64,000 nucleotides of DNA from Phoronis australis (GCA_002633005.1 NMRA01000507.1:1-64000); one strand, 5' to 3'. Shown: positions 1-58,017, numbered from the stretch's first letter. The notes: generated by a model not told the origin, from the letters alone. Numbers and translations: made by a program.

Positions 1-84
1 GGGACTTTTTGACTGCTGCTCATTGTCATCTTCGTTGTCGGATGGACTGTCATAACCGGCCAGTGATGAAAGTTTACTAGCCAT
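1..84 (-). CDS. N-terminal coding segment of an unidentified gene running off the left edge (MASKLSSLAGYDSPSDNEDDNEQQSKSP...)
   Basis: ATG in a caacATGg context with an open frame to the window edge. The L-x-G-Y-x-S-acidic start resembles the N-termini of SAP30BP, PRCC, WDR25, USB1 and CDC40; too short to pick one. Confidence 0.5.
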   Translation of the reverse strand, partial: MASKLSSLAGYDSPSDNEDDNEQQSKSP

Positions 85-224
85 GTTGTGGTAGAAAGAA
101 GACTGAAAATAGACACAATCAGGACTTACGTTTTAAAAACTTAAACTGCGCACCTCCAATGCTTACGGTTCTTGGTTCAATTTTAACAGCAACATAGCAA
201 AAAAATGTTACCCTCCCAACGACA

Positions 225-810
225 CTATAAATACTCACGGCACTCAAATTAAAGGGCATGGTCGTATGAAAAAAATTGTCCATTTGGAACATAAATTCTC
301 CGAGTCATTTAAAGCACATGGTCGAATGTAAAAAAACTATCCGCTTGGACGACAAGTTCTCTAAGTTATTTATAGTGTGAGATCAAATTAAGACCCTGGT
401 CATAGTATGGGCGAAAATGGTCTGACCGACCATACGTGTTCTGTGACACGAACATCGTCTGGTGGTCGTATTGACAAAAATTAAACACCCAGACCACACT
501 TTCTACGAAATTTAAAGTCATGTGGGAAAACTATGCCCAGGATAAAGCTATTTTAAAGCCATGGTCGTGTGGACAAAACTGTCCGCTTGGAAGTCTAAAG
601 GGCATGCTCGGATAGACAAAAATTGTCTGTCTGATCCTACACTTTCTGTTATTCAAACTAAATTGTGTGGTGGTTGTACAGACAAAAATTAAATGCCCCG
701 AACGTTAAAACCCTGTGGTCCCATGAATGAAAATTATCCACCTGGACCACGCATACTCTCAAACCCATTTAAAGCCTGTGCCGGGTCATATGGACAGCAG
801 TATCCACAGA
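225..810. repeat. Degenerate ~60-bp tandem repeat (old minisatellite)
   Basis: Recurring ttaaag..catggtcgt...aaaa..tgtcc..ttgga units at roughly 60-bp spacing. Confidence 0.6.
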
Positions 811-1204
811 GGGCTTTCTAATTCGCCGAATCGCAACCAGGTCATACTGCTTTAACAATATTTGGGACCATGGGATTGGTGTATAATATTACAAAAATAG
901 ATGGAATTGGTTCATTGGGATAAAGGTTTGGGATTTGCATACCTTACTTTACAGTCAGTTTATACAGGATTAAGTAATATGTACATCCAACACGAGTATT
1001 AAAAAACAAACAAGTAACAAGTATCAAGAACAATTTGAACTATAACTATTCTGAAGAAGGGAGAGAGAGAAAGCAATTCACAAGTTGTTACTACATCTTT
1101 CAATGTTGACCATTTATTTGTAAACGTGTTGGGTTCAGTGGACAGATCCTTCTGAAAGTTGCCATCGTCCGTTGTCAACTTCATACAAATACATTTGCTA
1201 AAAT

Positions 1205-1412
1205 TAATAAAGATCCTGCAGAGGGTTTAGGACATACAGCCATGCGCACAAAGAAAATTGCTACAAGGTGGTGTCGCAGTGGTTGAAGTAACTGGAAAGT
1301 CATCGTCAACTGTTTTCTTCACAGTATAATGCCAATTAGCCAGTTTGGTTGACAAAGGCATGGACGCCAAAAAGACTTGAAAACAGCAAAAATGGCCACC
1401 AGGTGGCACAAA
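1205..1412 (-). mobile_element. Decayed fragment of the HINE/Pearl-like repeat family (reverse orientation)
   Basis: Reverse complement resembles the 9300-9550 core; contains CCACCAGGTGGCAC at 1396-1409. Confidence 0.55.
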
Positions 1413-2348
1413 ATACCATCCAAAAAGGAGAGCATCATTTCCCTACTACATTCAAATCAAAAAATGGCCAACTCCCAATTGAAGAGTTGGGTAAAATCTC
1501 AGCTTGCCATTTTGCATTTGAGGAAGCTAAATTTTTAGTATCACCGACGTCAGACAAAGGTGTCGCTTGTGACGCGGCCCATTGTGATGCTTACGCCACC
1601 GCCCAGCAGCAGTCCAGGTTAATAGTCGTGGCCAAAAAACGCCAAAGAAAAGCAACTGTTACAGTGAGAAACAGGTAATTTATGTTAGTGTTACTTATTT
1701 ATTAACTTCCTATGTTATATTAGAAAGTAAGCATACATATCGTTCCGTTGTACTCAGCAACTTAGTCATCGTGATATTGGAATAAACAGCTTTTTTCAGA
1801 ATTGCCAGTTCCCTGAGATGCAGCGCTACAATCGACTGTTTTGTCTGTGCAACTCAGCCCCACTTTATTAGTCACTACGCCAGTCATGATCTCAGTGTGA
1901 CAGGCTATGACAACTTATCTATTGGCATAGCACGTTCAGTGTACAATACCTACAATACCTGTTTACGTAAATGCGCTTCCCGAAGTCACACGCAGAACTG
2001 CACTGAGATATAGGTGCTAATAATCTTCTTGAAACAGGGATTCACCCGCCGTCTTGTCTCACAGAAACAGACTTATGTTCTAAAAATGATGTTTCTAAAA
2101 ATTAGTCCTCCTACAGATGTGCGCGATGATGTTCACGGTAACTTGCTAGATACTTCAGATTAAAAAATTTTCATTATACACTGTACATACATCTTTTATA
2201 AGTTAAATTCTCGATAAAAAGATATTGATAGAATAATACAAACGCAAAAAAGATAGTTGCCGACCCTATGTAGTAATTAGTGTGGAAATGTCAAATTTGC
2301 TTGAAGGTTGGACTAAGTTACGATGCACGTTTTATCATGAACTATTAG

Positions 2349-3315
2349 CAGACCTTCATGCAGCGTACGTCCATTTGGACGCCCTTATACTAATCTAGAC
2401 GCCCAATATATCATTTGGACGCCCAGTGTCAATCAGAATTTCTCCAGTTAAGGCACCCCCATTGTTTGACTCAGTTATTGAGAAATGTTGGCCCTTTGAA
2501 GTCAGAATGAAACATACAATGTATTGAAAATGTTACAATATTCGAACTCCTGAGAAAACATGAAAATCATTAGCACATGCTTAGTGTCTGTCTACCAGTG
2601 TAGTCTACTTTCAGTGATCTTTTCACATTATTGTAATTCAATACTTTATATAGCGGCATGGACAATGGTTGACTGCAAATTGGTGTTTCAGAGCTATAGT
2701 TTCATGTTTTTCATCTTTTTTAAAAACACCAAAAACTAAATAAGTGTCATTAGTTTAATACTATACAAGAATATAGCCATTTATATAATTTTTTTGAGTT
2801 TGTGCCCGTTTTACACCATCTTTTCAATGAGCATGTTTTAACATGGAGCAGCAGTGACACCTGTTGCCAAAATATCACCACACCACTTGTGCATTTTTCT
2901 TGTGTTGGTAATTGCAGCTCTGATGACAGAGTATAAAAGCTAGTTAAGATAATATGATTAACTTTATAACAGCAATTTGACTTGAGATCCCCAAAAACAT
3001 AGGGCACTCATTGTTCAACCAATATCTGTAATATTTGTTTGGTAAGCTACTTGGCTGTTTTCGTAAATTTAGACGTAAAAGTTTTGTTCCCGCAAAAAAA
3101 GCTCGTAATAAGGGAGCTGTTTTTGTAAACTTAGATGTAAAAGCCTTGGTTTACGCATTTTTTGTAAAAACATCACTGTGTGTGCATGGGGAGGGGGGGT
3201 TAGTGGTGAAATGTGGTGGGGGTGAGGGTAACGCGCCACTGGAATCATGGACGCCCTGGACTATTAGGAACACCATTTTGGACAACCTATTATCGAAATC
3301 CTGGTTGAAGCCCCG
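2349..3315. mobile_element. hAT-like non-autonomous element, longer and older relative of 5077-5413
   Basis: Both ends match the ends of 5077-5413 (ggacgccc subterminal motifs; ...ttttggacaacctattatcgaaatcctgg). Flanks actattag / actatcag form an 8-bp TSD with one mismatch. Confidence 0.7.
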
Positions 3316-3940
3316 ACTATCAGTCCATGATTAACAATGAAACAACTGTGTACTGTAGCAGCTTGGCCAGGGGGTCCACTCCAGGGCGTCAGGGCTTCAC
3401 CCCAATGGGTGAGGCAGCCAAACCACCGACGGATGGCTCAAACCGTAATAAAACATGGCTTGAGGTTGCGTGATATAGCTGGCAACGAGGTGGGGACAGA
3501 GCCCTCAAAATATTTGGCGATCAGGCTACGCCACTGAGGTACTGTTTTGGTGAATCTGTAGGAAAACGTAAACCATCACTAGTTAGAAATAAAAAATAAA
3601 GTCTATGGGTTTTACGATTGTGTTATGACATTTCCAGGCACTTAGGAAACTAAATGCAAATTAATAGGGGCACATATTATTTGCCCTATCCTCACCGTCA
3701 CTGTCAACCCACCCTTATTCTCTCCTTGTTGCAACTGGTTTGTTGCCTGGCGATCACGACTAGCCTCTCTACTTCCCCTATCCGTCCCCCCCCACCCCCC
3801 CCTAGTCATTATTGTCTTCCCCTCTTCTCGTCACCACTATTTCCTTCGCCTACTACTAATACTAGTCCTCAGTATTTTAGTATACTTTTATCTCCGAGCG
3901 CCAAAGACATTAGCTATTTACAGGTCCGGCATGGGGACCC

Positions 3941-4467
3941 TAGACAGTGACCACTGTCCTACTGGCACTGACAGTAGGCCTTTGGACCTCCTATAGACAC
4001 TTCATACGGCAAAAGATTTTCGGTGAATTATGCCTTGCACTGACTAAAACATCAAAGTCACACTGTTATAAATATCTTTTGCTCACAAAGGGACACCTCC
4101 GGAGGTTGTCGATGTATGTAATTCCTTTCAACTCAAACAAATATTCCAGTTATCAAACTTTTTCTTCAAGCAGTCCCTCGTTGAGTTCCCAAAATCGGTA
4201 ACTCACCATTTCTAACACTGCGCGCAAGTGGTATGATGTCATATCACCTGGCGCGCAGTGTTAAAGAAATTTTGATAACGGGAGTATCTGTTCGAGTTGG
4301 AAGAAATTAAATACATCTACGGCCTCATAAGGTGTCCCTCTATGCGCAAAGGGTATTTATAACAACGTAGCATTAATGTTTTAGTCAGTGCAAGGCATAA
4401 TTAGCTGAAAATTTTCCGGCGTATGGAGCCCCTACAGGAGCTTCGTCTCTACTGTGGTCACTGTCTA
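3941..4467. mobile_element. Foldback MITE with TA ends (Tc1/mariner-type target)
   Basis: TAgacagtgaccac ... gtggtcactgtcTA. 4003-4165 is an imperfect inverted copy of about 4270-4425, around a central hairpin at 4213-4263. Confidence 0.75.
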
Positions 4468-5076
4468 TCGGAAACTTAGCCTTGGTACAAAGCGGTATAC
4501 TACATAAACAGCTTTGCACCGATGTGAGTAAAAAAGTGGTAAGATAAAATCTGACACAAAATTAGTGTCATTAAAAAGTACAGTCCCCCGTGAGTAAAGT
4601 TTAACTAAATTATTTAACAGTATAGGAAAAAAATGCCGTTCTATCGTTGTTCTGGTGCTAAAGTTGTGGAGCGATCTTTAGCGATGGCTTTCGGCGCCAT
4701 GAAATATTGTGTCACCTATTGGCCAGTTTCTTTTTTCGCCGATTCTTCAATCAACTGTTGTTCTTTCAAGAGGTTGTGTAGATGTCACAACAAATTATCG
4801 GAACTGGTTTCATTAAGTTACAAGTTTTTAGAATTTTGATACCGAAAAAACGCATTTCAGAAGAAATTTTACTGCTGCCAAACTATCATCATCTCCCGAG
4901 AGATGTCACAAAAATTTAGGAAATGGTGCATGTGCGTGTCACGAGCGTACTGTTTTCAAAACCACGACATAACTTTTCTTTGTTAGAAAAGGCGGAGGAT
5001 TACGCAAGAAAATGACGTTTACTAGATATTTTTTCCACTTAAACGGCTGTAACAGCAAGGTGAGTGTCGTTTGATA

Positions 5077-5413
5077 CAGGCCTTTATGCAGCGTACGTCT
5101 TGGGTGTCCAAATGGACATCCTAACACTGATATGGACGCCGTGGCAAAGACGCCCAATGTATCATTTGGACGCCCAATGTCCACAGGAACCTTTCAACTT
5201 TGGACACACACATTGTAATGATGACCAGGAAGCCTCTGAAGGCTCACAGTGGTGGCTCTTTTTTCAAAGCAGGAAGAAATTTACCATGTTTATACAAAGC
5301 ATACACAATGTTGCTATGCTCACACTTGGTTACGTGTCGGAATCATAGACGCCCTGGAATATTGGGAACCCCATTTTGGACACCCTATTTTCGAAATCCT
5401 GGATAAAGACCTG
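5077..5413. mobile_element. hAT-type MITE
   Basis: TIRs caggcctttatgcag / ctggataaagacctg; perfect 8-bp TSD gtttgata at 5069-5076 and 5414-5421. Confidence 0.85.
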
Positions 5414-6008
5414 GTTTGATACCCAGATTCTGCATGCACCCCGTCCGGCCTTTAACTCTACGTGTTGATACAGGTTTCACGGCGAGTTGACGAGCAGAAC
5501 TATCCTGGCTATGTGCAATTTCGGAGTCTACAGAAGAAAAACACATGTGGAACCTAGCTGTATTTTGACAATAGTCTTCATACAGCTAGCTGGCTATCGA
5601 GACCTAGCCTTGGCGAAAAGTTGTATATATATTTTGACAGCACTTATCAGATAAAGCTGTCCCTGATTTAGCGAACCAGGCAACCATTGAATAATGAATT
5701 ACTGTGTACGGCCCCCTTACTTTGTGGATAAAACCGGTTCACTAAATCGGGGACCGCTATATCCGACCAGTGGCAGTGGCCTAGGCCAGCTGGCTGGTTA
5801 TCGGGAACCATGGTTTACACTTTTATCCTTTACTCAAAGCTACTAGGATGGGGCATTTTTATACCAACCTGTTCATAAACACTATGAACTTTTCAAGGAA
5901 CAATGAGTAATTTAACTTCGAAACGACCTCCTTTTGCGAAGCGATACGGTTGGTTTCCGTCCACATACACAACTGCCATCTAGCGTTCACAATGTAAGAG
6001 GCATTTTA

Positions 6009-6066
6009 ATTGGCGACTACGTGCTATACGTCACATCAAACTCCCAAACTCCCGCTAAATTTGGAA

Positions 6067-6072
<6 letters not shown>
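6009..6072 (+). promoter_or_regulatory. POLA1 proximal promoter: E2F-like site and a YY1-like motif over the ATG
   Basis: TCCCGCTAAA (reverse complement TTTAGCGGGA) at 6050-6059, ttggcg at 6010, aaATGGCG at the start codon. POLA1 is a known E2F target in animals. Motif-level evidence only. Confidence 0.5.
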
Positions 6073-51787
<45,715 letters not shown>

Positions 51788-51953
51788 CTGTTGAAAGGAC
51801 TGTTCCTATCAGCAGGACACTAACTGTTCAAAGGACTATTTCAGACAGCTGTGCTTGGAAGTCTTCCTCAATTACAGTTTTGTTTAAGTACCTTATGATG
51901 CAAACCTGAATTACTAATTATTGTAATTACAAAATCAGAAGTTACTAATTTTT

Positions 51954-51959
51954 AATAAA
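51954..51959 (+). terminator. Candidate POLA1 polyadenylation signal AATAAA
   Basis: First AATAAA after the stop, followed by T/GT-rich sequence; a second one is at 52353. Confidence 0.5.
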
Positions 51960-54082
51960 TTTTGTTTTATAAGGTTTCTAGTATTTGTAAATATAATTGT
52001 TCTGATGCTGAGTTTGGGCTGTGGGGAAAATATAATATTGCTGTATGAGTCATATGACGACACTTGTCTAAGTCATGCTTGGCCATTTCACATTAAGCTG
52101 TCGTAGAAATGGTCCATTTTACTTCCATCAATACTCTACTTTAATCCTATAAGTTGATACAACCCAACTTTGAGATTTTGTCTTAGCAAGAGGAAAGAAG
52201 GCAAAGTTCTTGAGTTTAAACTGAGTTTTGCTGTATGTGTATTTCAACATGGAAAATAAGAGGAAATGGAATATACTGATGCAAAATATGTCAAACTTTC
52301 ATATGTGCTTGTACTTTTGGTTGCCATGCCGTGTACTGTAATTCATGATTATAATAAATTATTTAAACTGTATGGTTTTGTCATCACACTTTGCAGGGTT
52401 TGTGGGAGGGAAACAAGATGCAAGGTTATGCTTATACAGCAGAAAGTAATTAAAATAACAGGTTAGAGTGAATGGAAGGGGAATATCAGTTTAGATTTAT
52501 GCAACTGAAAACTAACCAGCTAACTGTTTTTTCAAAATCACAGTTTGGCAAAACTTGTCGAAAAAGGTGCAATTCAGAGTTGAAATGCCGCAATGTTAGT
52601 GTGAAGTTCACAGGACACGTGCCCATAAAAGGGCACTTACGCACGGCACTGCTATCTTTGAAAATCGTTTTGCAGTGGAACTTAATTCGCTATTGGATTA
52701 CTATTCATACCGATTGTTTCCTCGGTGACTCAAGATTCACCTCAAGTTACATGCCCCATTTTCCAAACCGCAACATTAGGGTGAACCTACCTCCAATAAA
52801 CTGGGACATTTCTTCTAAAAAAGTCGCTGTTGGTTTATTTGTAAGGAAAATAATGTGCTATCATGATTAGAAATGTTGCGAATAGGCTTTGAGGAGTGCA
52901 AAACACCTAATGTATTTCGTTTTTAGCCAGCTAAACTGAGTGAAGTGCAGCTTCATATAGCGAAAATTTTGTCGAAATTGTTATTTTGTCTTTCACCATG
53001 GATCAGTTTCTTAAATTCCACAATAAGCCTACAAAAATAAAATTACAAAAAATCGAGACTTAAAATTGTTTACTATTTTTGGTTTAAATTGAATTGAAAA
53101 ATAGACAACATTTTACGAGCTTACAGTTTTTCAATTTTCAGTACACGCGCACAATCGTCTAATTAATCGACAAAATGAACTTCGACAAAAGTATGCGGGC
53201 TTTCAACCACGGTCAGTTGTTTTTCGATGTTCTCCGCGTTTGGTTTCTCTCGCAAAGCATTCCTTCGATCTGAGAGACCCAATCTTCACTGTTAAGTACT
53301 TTTTCTCTTGCAACGTTGTTCCTTTTTAACTGACTTAATTCCTGTAGAGTCTTGCCTCGCTTTCGTGACGGCGCAAAAACACCGCTAGTCAGGTTTGAGC
53401 TGTGCTATTAGCAGTGAACAATGACTGCAGTTGATTGACTTTCCAGGTCGAACGGTTACGGTATGTTATTTGCCTAAAACCTGGAAGCGTCATCGACAAC
53501 CAATCGGTGTTTTAGCCGATTGACCCGATGGAATCCGACGAAAATAATCCAGTGCAGCGCTCTTGATGGATGTTTAAAGGCGCTGACAAACCTTAATTGT
53601 AGGGATGTGCTCAGCGGAGTTCAAGTTAATCTCCTTAGCATTTCACTGATTAAATAATTCAGCGATATGTTAGAGAATGTAAGGACGCGCACCTTTGAGG
53701 ATTTTTATACCATAATCAAAGATCACGATTTGTTTCGATGCGCAACTTGTAAAAAGGCGTACCGCCAACTCGGGGGGGGGGGGGATTTGTTCAGGTATCG
53801 NGGGGGGGGGGGGGTATTTGTTCAGGTATCGTCTTGGGTGTGTATTTTGGTCTTCCAGTATCTTACAAGTGTACCCACAGCATCATGCGCATCCGATTAC
53901 AGTTATCCTATCTTTTACACCTGAGAGCACTGCATACTTATCGGTGAGGTTTCCTTTGGAATCCCACACTTCACTGATAGAACTCTCCACTATTTTACCG
54001 TTTGTCGAAACCTCAGTGTGTGTTGGGGCTTTGATTGGGTACGCCAATAAAGTTCAGGAAGTGCTGTTATAACGACTAATGT

Positions 54083-54088
54083 TTTATT
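54083..54088 (-). terminator. Candidate polyadenylation signal of the unassigned 7-exon gene
   Basis: AATAAA on the - strand about 270 nt past the stop codon. Confidence 0.45.
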
Positions 54089-54354
54089 GAAATCATTCAA
54101 TAATATACAACTAATAGAACTTAAAGATCAGGGATTCATAGAAATGGTAACTGCTTTAATTCCAAGTGCATGCACTTAGGCCTACCAGCGAGCGTTTAGG
54201 CCTACGTACTGTACATGCCTTCATGACCAGGTTTTTGAGTAAGGTTAAGGTACAGAAAAAAATATATTTCCCAGAGTACTAACGAAATTTCTTTCACTTT
54301 TAACAAGCAGTCATTGAGATTGTATCAGTTCAACCTAGGAACCAGTTCCTAGGT

Positions 54355-54724
54355 TCAACTACTAATTGAAATTGCACCAGGAAGATCTGTGTAAAGAATT
54401 GGCACGAGATGATTTTCTCCTTCCGCGAATACACCATCATTAACTGTGGTCCGGGAGATTACTTTGGGATGATACAGCGTGGAGTCGCCTTGGGCGCGAA
54501 GATCAATTGCTTCAAGCAAATCAATATCCGACTCTGATATACTCAGCAGATCTTTACGAGAACAAGCAGACATGTTTCCAGAAGTTGTGGGAACAGATGC
54601 GACATGGTTGACACCTTCTAAGTCACTCACACCGGAGCAGCTGTTGTGATTAACAATACCAATAGGCGCAGTCCTAATTGGGGAGGCCTGCGTTTCTTGT
54701 GTGGCTGTAATACTCTGGGCCCTC
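54355..54724 (-). CDS. Unassigned gene exon 7 (last)
   Basis: cctgtttcag|g RAQSITATQETQASPIR...LVPILYTDLPGAISISS*. Confidence 0.82.
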
Positions 54725-57700
54725 CTGAAACAGGCCAGAGGGTAAAATAATTACACGAACACGTTTACATATAGATGCAAACATATCTGTGTACATCTAC
54801 ACATCAAGGCATACAAACAAATACTAGTACCGTAACGGTTACGTTAATACAGGGAGACATGCACACATACATATATACACACATACATACATACGTGCCT
54901 ATATGGCATAAAAAATATGTGTTTTCAATAGAAAATACACGACAAATTGAAATACATTTGAGGGATTTTTGTGTTATTCCCCAGAGAACACGATATCGGC
55001 GTTAGCAAGAAGGCGTTACCATGGTAATGCCTAATTGGTGCTAAAAAGAAAGTCCCAAAATGATTACGTTTACATTCAAAAACTAAAGCTGTGTTTATGG
55101 AACAGTGAGCCAGTACTAAACCATTCATTTTGTAACTTTTGTTTTCTGACAAGTGCATTTCCTTAAAACCTTCTTACCGTACGACAAAAAGTCCAGTGTC
55201 AGAAATTTCACACTGAGCACGTATGAAATATCTCCAACTTCTCGGAATTTAGTAAAGACGACCAGATGGTACATCCTATTCTGTTTTGAGTTGGAATTAT
55301 TCGGAGCCCTCGAGAAAATATTTGAGGTTTAGTGAAGGAAAAGAATGTGATCAGTTTTAACGGCGGACTCTTTCTTGCGTACTTTAAACTTGTGTAATCT
55401 TACATCTAAATGCGCTAAACAAAATTCAAAAAAGACATTTCAGTTAGAAAAAGAAATTCCACCTCAAGCATTTGCTTACTGCTTAAACACAAAATCCTGC
55501 GTGACTTACTTGGCCGCATCCAGCGAAACTTCCGCAGACCGCAACGTGGCGTTAAAGCTGATTTCCGCTTCTTCGTGACACTGTGAAGAAAATGTGGAGA
55601 GTAACGTTAAACTGTTGAATAATTGGATCATTTTATGACAGACCCTCACCACCAGATGGCGAAATACGCGCATCTGTTCATCACATACATTACATTAGGG
55701 GTAATTGTATAAGTATCAGCGAGTTTTGCCTTATATATCACACGCCATAAAAGCTCCCATCATTTTTCACTCCGTGGAAGCCTGTATGAATAAAATGATG
55801 AGTCGTGCTCTATTTCACATCAAGAATACTAGTTATGGCCGCAGAAACTAAATTCTACCGCACTTGTGAATCCATTTAACTCCTCTGACCAAAGAAGTTG
55901 GGCTACAAAAAATACGGCTATAATAAAAAATATTGCTGTGGCCATGTAGGTCTACTATAGTCTAGGCTGTCACTGACAATCTGCTGGTAATTCTTCGTCA
56001 AGGAAACGACGCTCTCATCAATTTGTCAACATTCAAGCTAAAAATTGATAAACAAGGTGTGAAAATCAAGGAATTGCGAATATGTTGCAAGTGTGTGTGA
56101 AACAAAAATAATTTGTCAACGGTAAAGTGACGTAGATGGCGGCTACGTGTATGTTCACCACCTCGGCGTCTGTAATAATGCATGGTTACAAAACAAAGCA
56201 GCATCTGTGAACTGCTTGTCAACAAAGACACAAACCTCGATGTACTTCTGTTTTAACATGTCGACATCTGGTTTTGGTTTGTACTTTCCGTTCCGCTGTT
56301 TCTTAAGTTTGAGTTGTTTATTGCCCACTTCCTCCTTGTTCTAAAAGAAACGGCAGCACTAGGTGAAATGTGAAATACTCCGCGTGAGAACATCTTGATT
56401 CACATATTTTTAATACGTTTACTTGCTAACGCACGGTGAAATGGTGGATTTGTTCAAGGAAAAGTAATCAAGTTGTGCACTACTTTCGTACGTTCAAGGC
56501 TTCAGTCTGGCATATCACATATTTAACTTTCCTCCCCACTACGTCCTTTGCCGTGATCTTCCCGGTATCCATTGCTTTGGCGCTCCTGGAAGTAAAAACA
56601 AAAATGCTTATTAATATCGAACACTGCACTAAACGGACTGGCACCACATAGAGCAATCCTAGGGTCGCTTTGATTTAATGTGAAATGCGTTCTATAGACC
56701 AATCTAAAATTTTGTTGGGTAAGTCAAAAGAAACTGATTCCCGATAACAAGATAGACACCCTCGTCGAAGACGCAAAAGTTGCCACCGCGGCGTCAGTTT
56801 GCTCCGTGCCAATTCTATTTACACACACACTTAATTGTATCAAATCATTCCGTTCTGTGTCAGCTGATGTGAGTCAACCTTGGTACTGTAAACGGGACTT
56901 GTGACAATTAGCGTCTTCATGAGAATGCACATCGTTCAGTTAGTGCTCTTATCTGAAGCAGCCAAGGGACAACCTACTCTCTCAGGATTTTCTCCTTCTG
57001 TTCAGCATTCGTCTTCATTGTCTTCACATCAGAAAGTAGACCAGATATTGCCTTTTTTCTGTCGTCAACGTACTGCTGCACGGATCCATAAGCTAGGTCT
57101 GTAATAGAAGATGTTTAGCATGATGTCATTTCGACGTCATTATGACGTTTTGGATCCAATGTGACGGCATGTCTATTCTCATTTATGGGTCTAAATTACT
57201 TTATTTACTGCCATGACACGTCATCATTAAACATGCGAATAAAGGTTTCCACAATTTCTCGTGCGACGCGTTATCTAATTTTACTCTAAGTAAGGGGTTG
57301 GTATCTGAGAGCAATATTAGAAGGCAGAAAATGTACTCACAATAGGGCTTAGCTTCTTTCAACATTTTTGCTCGCCTTTTTTCAACGTAGCCACTCAACT
57401 TCATTAGCGCCGTTTCTATATCGCACATAATTTTTGACTCCAACTTGTGTATCTTGCTCAGCTGCTTCTGCGATCTACAATAAGATAGCCACACAGATGA
57501 GCGAAAACCTTACTTTCCCTTAGTCGAAATTGATGAACAGCCTCATGCTGCTGTGCACAATCGAGAAACAACGCAAGTGGATTATTTTAACTTACAGTTT
57601 AAAAACGTTGCATTTGTTCTTCCTGTGGCACTGCTTGACATTAACACTGGTAAGTTCGACATCTTTGAAATTAAAAAATAGCCGGCTCCTTTTTAAGGTT

Positions 57701-57842
57701 TGGTTTGAAACTATGGCTATAAAATGCAACTTTGATTCGACACTACGTACGTCTTCCTCCAATTAATTTCATCAACTTTATTATTCATCAGTGTTAGGAC
57801 ATCCTCCACGTCCATTTCCTCGTAGTTCACTCTTCTGTACAT
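54355..57842 (-). CDS. Unassigned 328-aa coiled-coil protein, 7 exons (whole gene span)
   Basis: Exons 57842-57751, 57474-57341, 57098-56978, 56585-56492, 56340-56236, 55580-55510 and 54724-54355. All introns GT-AG with matching phases (2,1,2,0,0,2); 987 nt open from ATG to TGA. Confidence 0.85.
55510..55580 (-). CDS. Unassigned gene exon 6
   Basis: ttcacag|CHEEAEISFNATLRSAEVSLDAA|gtaagt. Confidence 0.85.
56236..56340 (-). CDS. Unassigned gene exon 5
   Basis: cttttag|NKEEVGNKQLKLKKQRNGKYKPKPDVDMLKQKYIE|gtttgt. Confidence 0.8.
56492..56585 (-). CDS. Unassigned gene exon 4
   Basis: cttccag|SAKAMDTGKITAKDVVGRKVKYVICQTEALN|gtacga. Confidence 0.8.
56978..57098 (-). CDS. Unassigned gene exon 3
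   Basis: attacag|LAYGSVQQYVDDRKKAISGLLSDVKTMKTNAEQKEKILR|gtaggt. Confidence 0.83.
57341..57474 (-). CDS. Unassigned gene exon 2
   Basis: attgtag|SQKQLSKIHKLESKIMCDIETALMKLSGYVEKRRAKMLKEAKPY|gtgagt. Confidence 0.85.
57751..57842 (-). CDS. Unassigned gene exon 1
   Basis: MYRRVNYEEMDVEDVLTLMNNKVDEINWRK|gtacgt; phase 2 fits exon 2. Confidence 0.75.
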
Positions 57843-57889
57843 CGTGCTCTCTTCAAATCAAACGTTCCGCGAAATACACTTAAACGTCT

Positions 57890-57975
57890 TGATGACGCGA
57901 TTCAAAAGCAAATGTGACGTCACTCAGTTGTGTTGATTATGACGTTCGAACAAACTTACTTAAATTGACGTCTTT
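57890..57975 (-). promoter_or_regulatory. CRE cluster upstream of the unassigned gene
   Basis: Full TGACGTCA at 57915-57922 plus TGACG half-sites near 57893, 57940 and 57966. Confidence 0.45.
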
Positions 57976-58017
57976 CGTTTCCACACTGACTTTCATCTAT
58001 ATCCATTATACAAACGA

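Noticed and set aside
53771-53831. Tandem G-run + atttgttcaggtatcg duplication as a G-quadruplex element
   Set aside because: The two copies straddle a single n at 53801, typical of a contig-overlap artefact.
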